From assembly GCA_026770705.1 (NCBI GenBank), contig JANJGN010000037.1:1178001-1242000 (forward strand): a stretch of 64,000 nucleotides of DNA. Direction: 5' to 3'. Source of the DNA: Isurus oxyrinchus (lineage: Eukaryota). A program made the translations under genes and the position numbers. Numbering within the stretch: position 1 is the first letter of the stretch; each line of letters begins with the position of its first letter. This document shows, one piece after another, positions 61,857 through 64,000 of the stretch. The notes beneath the pieces are model-generated. The model worked only from the letters and a program-made list of their open reading frames with translations, made no database searches and was not told the DNA's origin.

Positions 61857-62613
61857 TTACTGTTCTTATAAACTGAAAACTCGTCTGATTGGTCTCTGTT
61901 CAAACCACCTTATTTGACTATATTATTCACCAATCAGATCACTGGAAGCAGAAGATTTGCCAACCGTCAGAACCAGAGAATGTGTCCTTTGTAAAAAGCC
62001 CGCCAATTTCATTGCGGTAAAGGAGCGGATTGAAATAAATGTCGTCCTTGGTCTGAGAATTCAAACCTCTTCTCTTTATTTGGTTTTATTCAGCTCGTGC
62101 CGTCACCAATCGCAGGCGCGGGTTTTAACATTTTGTTTTAATTTGGTTCATTCTCCTATCGCTTTCTAACTGTCCCGGGCGGGAATCAATCCCTGTTCCC
62201 CGAATTCCCAGGAGGGAAAAATTCAGTTTAAACTTCAATCGGAACCGAACACCCTGCGCTGTAAAGAGGGAGCGGATCGAGTCCTCAGACTGTCCTTATT
62301 CCGCTCTGTAATAATCCCACTCCGGCTGGAACCCTGCGGAAAATTACTGTTAATAAAATGATGAATCAATGACTATTTCAGGAATTGAGGGAAGGGACCA
62401 TTACCGCTTAAAACAGCAGCTAATGAGGTCACTTAAAGACTGTGATGATAACAGAATAACAGCTTTCAGCCCAAAGCGAAGAACGATGAGCTAATTAAAG
62501 GGTTAGTGTCTGGGTTACAGGACAGGAGACACTAAGAGCAGTGGAAATTATTTTCTATTATAATAGTCGAGTACGAAGATGTCGGGTGCAGCTCCTTCGT
62601 AGAGATTGTGGGT

Positions 62614-62629
62614 GGCTCTTAAAAGAGCC
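62614..62629 (-). terminator. Histone 3' stem-loop (H2B)
   Basis: Minus strand GGCTCTTTTAAGAGCC-ACCCA, HDE GAAGGAGCTG. Confidence 0.95.
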
Positions 62630-62668
62630 GTTGTGTTTTGAATGTGTTTTTCAGTCAGTTCGGGGGTT

Positions 62669-63043
62669 TTACTTGGAGCTGGTGTACTTGGTCACCGCCT
62701 TTGTCCCTTCCGACACGGCGTGCTTGGCCAGTTCCCCGGGCAGCAGCAGGCGCACGGCGGTCTGGATCTCCCGGGAGCTGATGGTGCTGCGCTTGTTGTA
62801 ATGGGCCAGGCGGGAAGCCTCACCCGCGATGCGCTCGAAAATATCGCTCACGAACGAGTTCATGATGCTCATGGCCTTGGAGGAGATGCCGGTGTCGGGG
62901 TGAACCTGCTTCATCACTTTGTAGATGTAGATGGAGTAACTCTCCTTCCTCGACTTTCGCCGCTTCTTGCCGCCCTTTGCTACCGGTTTCTTTAAGGCTT
63001 TCTTGGCTCCCTTCTTGGGAACTGGTTTCTTCTCATCAACCAT
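62669..63043 (-). CDS. H2B: Histone H2B (124 aa)
   Basis: [12 protein letters not shown]...[27 protein letters not shown]...[13 protein letters not shown] at 63043. Confidence 0.98.
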   Translation of the reverse strand: MVDEKKPVPKKGAKKALKKPVAKGGKKRRKSRKESYSIYIYKVMKQVHPDTGISSKAMSIMNSFVSDIFERIAGEASRLAHYNKRSTISSREIQTAVRLLLPGELAKHAVSEGTKAVTKYTSSK

Positions 63044-63086
63044 CGTCACTTTCAGAAACAGAATAAAAAAAACCTTCTGAGCGCCG

Positions 63087-63215
63087 ATTAAATAGACAGT
63101 CTCCCAGATCTCTGCTAATGAAGGATTGGGAAAAGATGACTCTGAATGGACAGTTTAAAGGCTAAACCAGCCTCTAAGTATATAATTTCAGGATTGGATA
63201 TGGAAACAGGCCAAT
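63087..63215 (-). promoter_or_regulatory. H2B promoter: TATA-like element, octamer variant and CCAAT boxes
   Basis: Minus strand CTATTTAAT (63087-63095), ATTAGCAG (63112-63119) and CCAAT at 63125 and 63193; plus-strand CCAAT at 63211. Confidence 0.6.
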
Positions 63216-63669
63216 CAGATTGTGATTTCTCGCCCCCACTCCTCCTCCACCCCGTCATCAGCCCATTTACTTTAGTCACGAAATACATTTTACAAAGAGT
63301 CTCTCCAGCCCCAGTTCCTCATTTTTTTTACTATACATCGGAGAATGCCGCCTGATTGTTTTGCGAGGGTCCCTTCTCCACAGAGAGAGACTAGACGGGA
63401 AAGCGGGATTCCATCTGTAACAGTGTGCGAGTGTAGGATTTACTCACTCTGATACTATGCATGAGTTTGGGATTCATTCGCTGTTTGTAAGGACGTGCTA
63501 CAGTGAGAGGGTCTGGGATTCATTCTGTGCTTGTCAGTCTCTGGGACTGAAAGTGATTGTTGATGTCGTTCTGTATCTGACTGTGATGGTGTTTGAGACT
63601 CATTGTGCATCTGTCAGTTAGCGGTGCATGTGAGTGGGGGTTTCATTCTCTCCCTCTGACGGACGCCAA

Positions 63670-64000
63670 GTCCGGAGAGCAGAGGCGTACCCTCAGGGCC
63701 TGCAGGCGTTGGAGATCAAAGAGACATCACGATTCAAAATATGACGCAGTAAGTAGGTCAGGTAAGTACTTCTACTTATTCTATTAATTAAACTGCTGCA
63801 GTCCATTAGTTTAAACAAAATAGTGTGAGGACTTTGGACTGTTGTAGGAGTGGTTGAAGTGGAATAAGGACCCTAGTGCAATTAGTATTCTTTAAAACGG
63901 AGTAACTAATAAGCTCAATTTAAAGGGAACTCGTGGCAGCAGAGCTCACACCCGTGATATGCTCCTCCTGTGCTATGTGGGAATTTATGGACACTTCCAG
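63670..64000 (+). mobile_element. 5' end of a CR1-type LINE (UTR and start of the ORF1 zinc finger), truncated by the window
   Basis: From 63933, (V)AAELTPVICSSCAMWEFMDTS, homologous to the ORF1 at 42124 (-). Confidence 0.75.

Overview
This is eukaryotic (vertebrate) DNA, most likely from a cartilaginous fish; that assignment is inferred from the CR1 and Penelope repeat remnants and the histone sequences. (1) Bases 1 to ~41,020 are a head-to-tail array of ~4.5-kb units: 8 near-identical units, a diverged 9th and the start of a 10th. Each unit carries a tRNA-Phe(GAA) gene (+), a decayed tRNA-Ser(GCT) (-), LINE-RT, CR1 and Penelope remnants including a mutated hammerhead core, a G-rich tract and a variable (CA)n. 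Six of the nine Phe copies are intact. (2) ~41-56 kb is a retroelement graveyard (CR1 ORF1/ORF2, Penelope GIY-YIG) with degenerate minisatellites and one perfect initiator tRNA-Met gene (-). (3) 57.1-63.1 kb is a complete replication-dependent histone quintet, H1> H4> H3> <H2A <H2B, each gene with its 3' stem-loop. The five histones are the only credible intact protein genes. No convincing novel protein system was found. The best leads are the tRNA amplicon with its long structured trailer, the array's internal architecture, the hammerhead remnants and a TG-box/AC-box pair in the H1 promoter.
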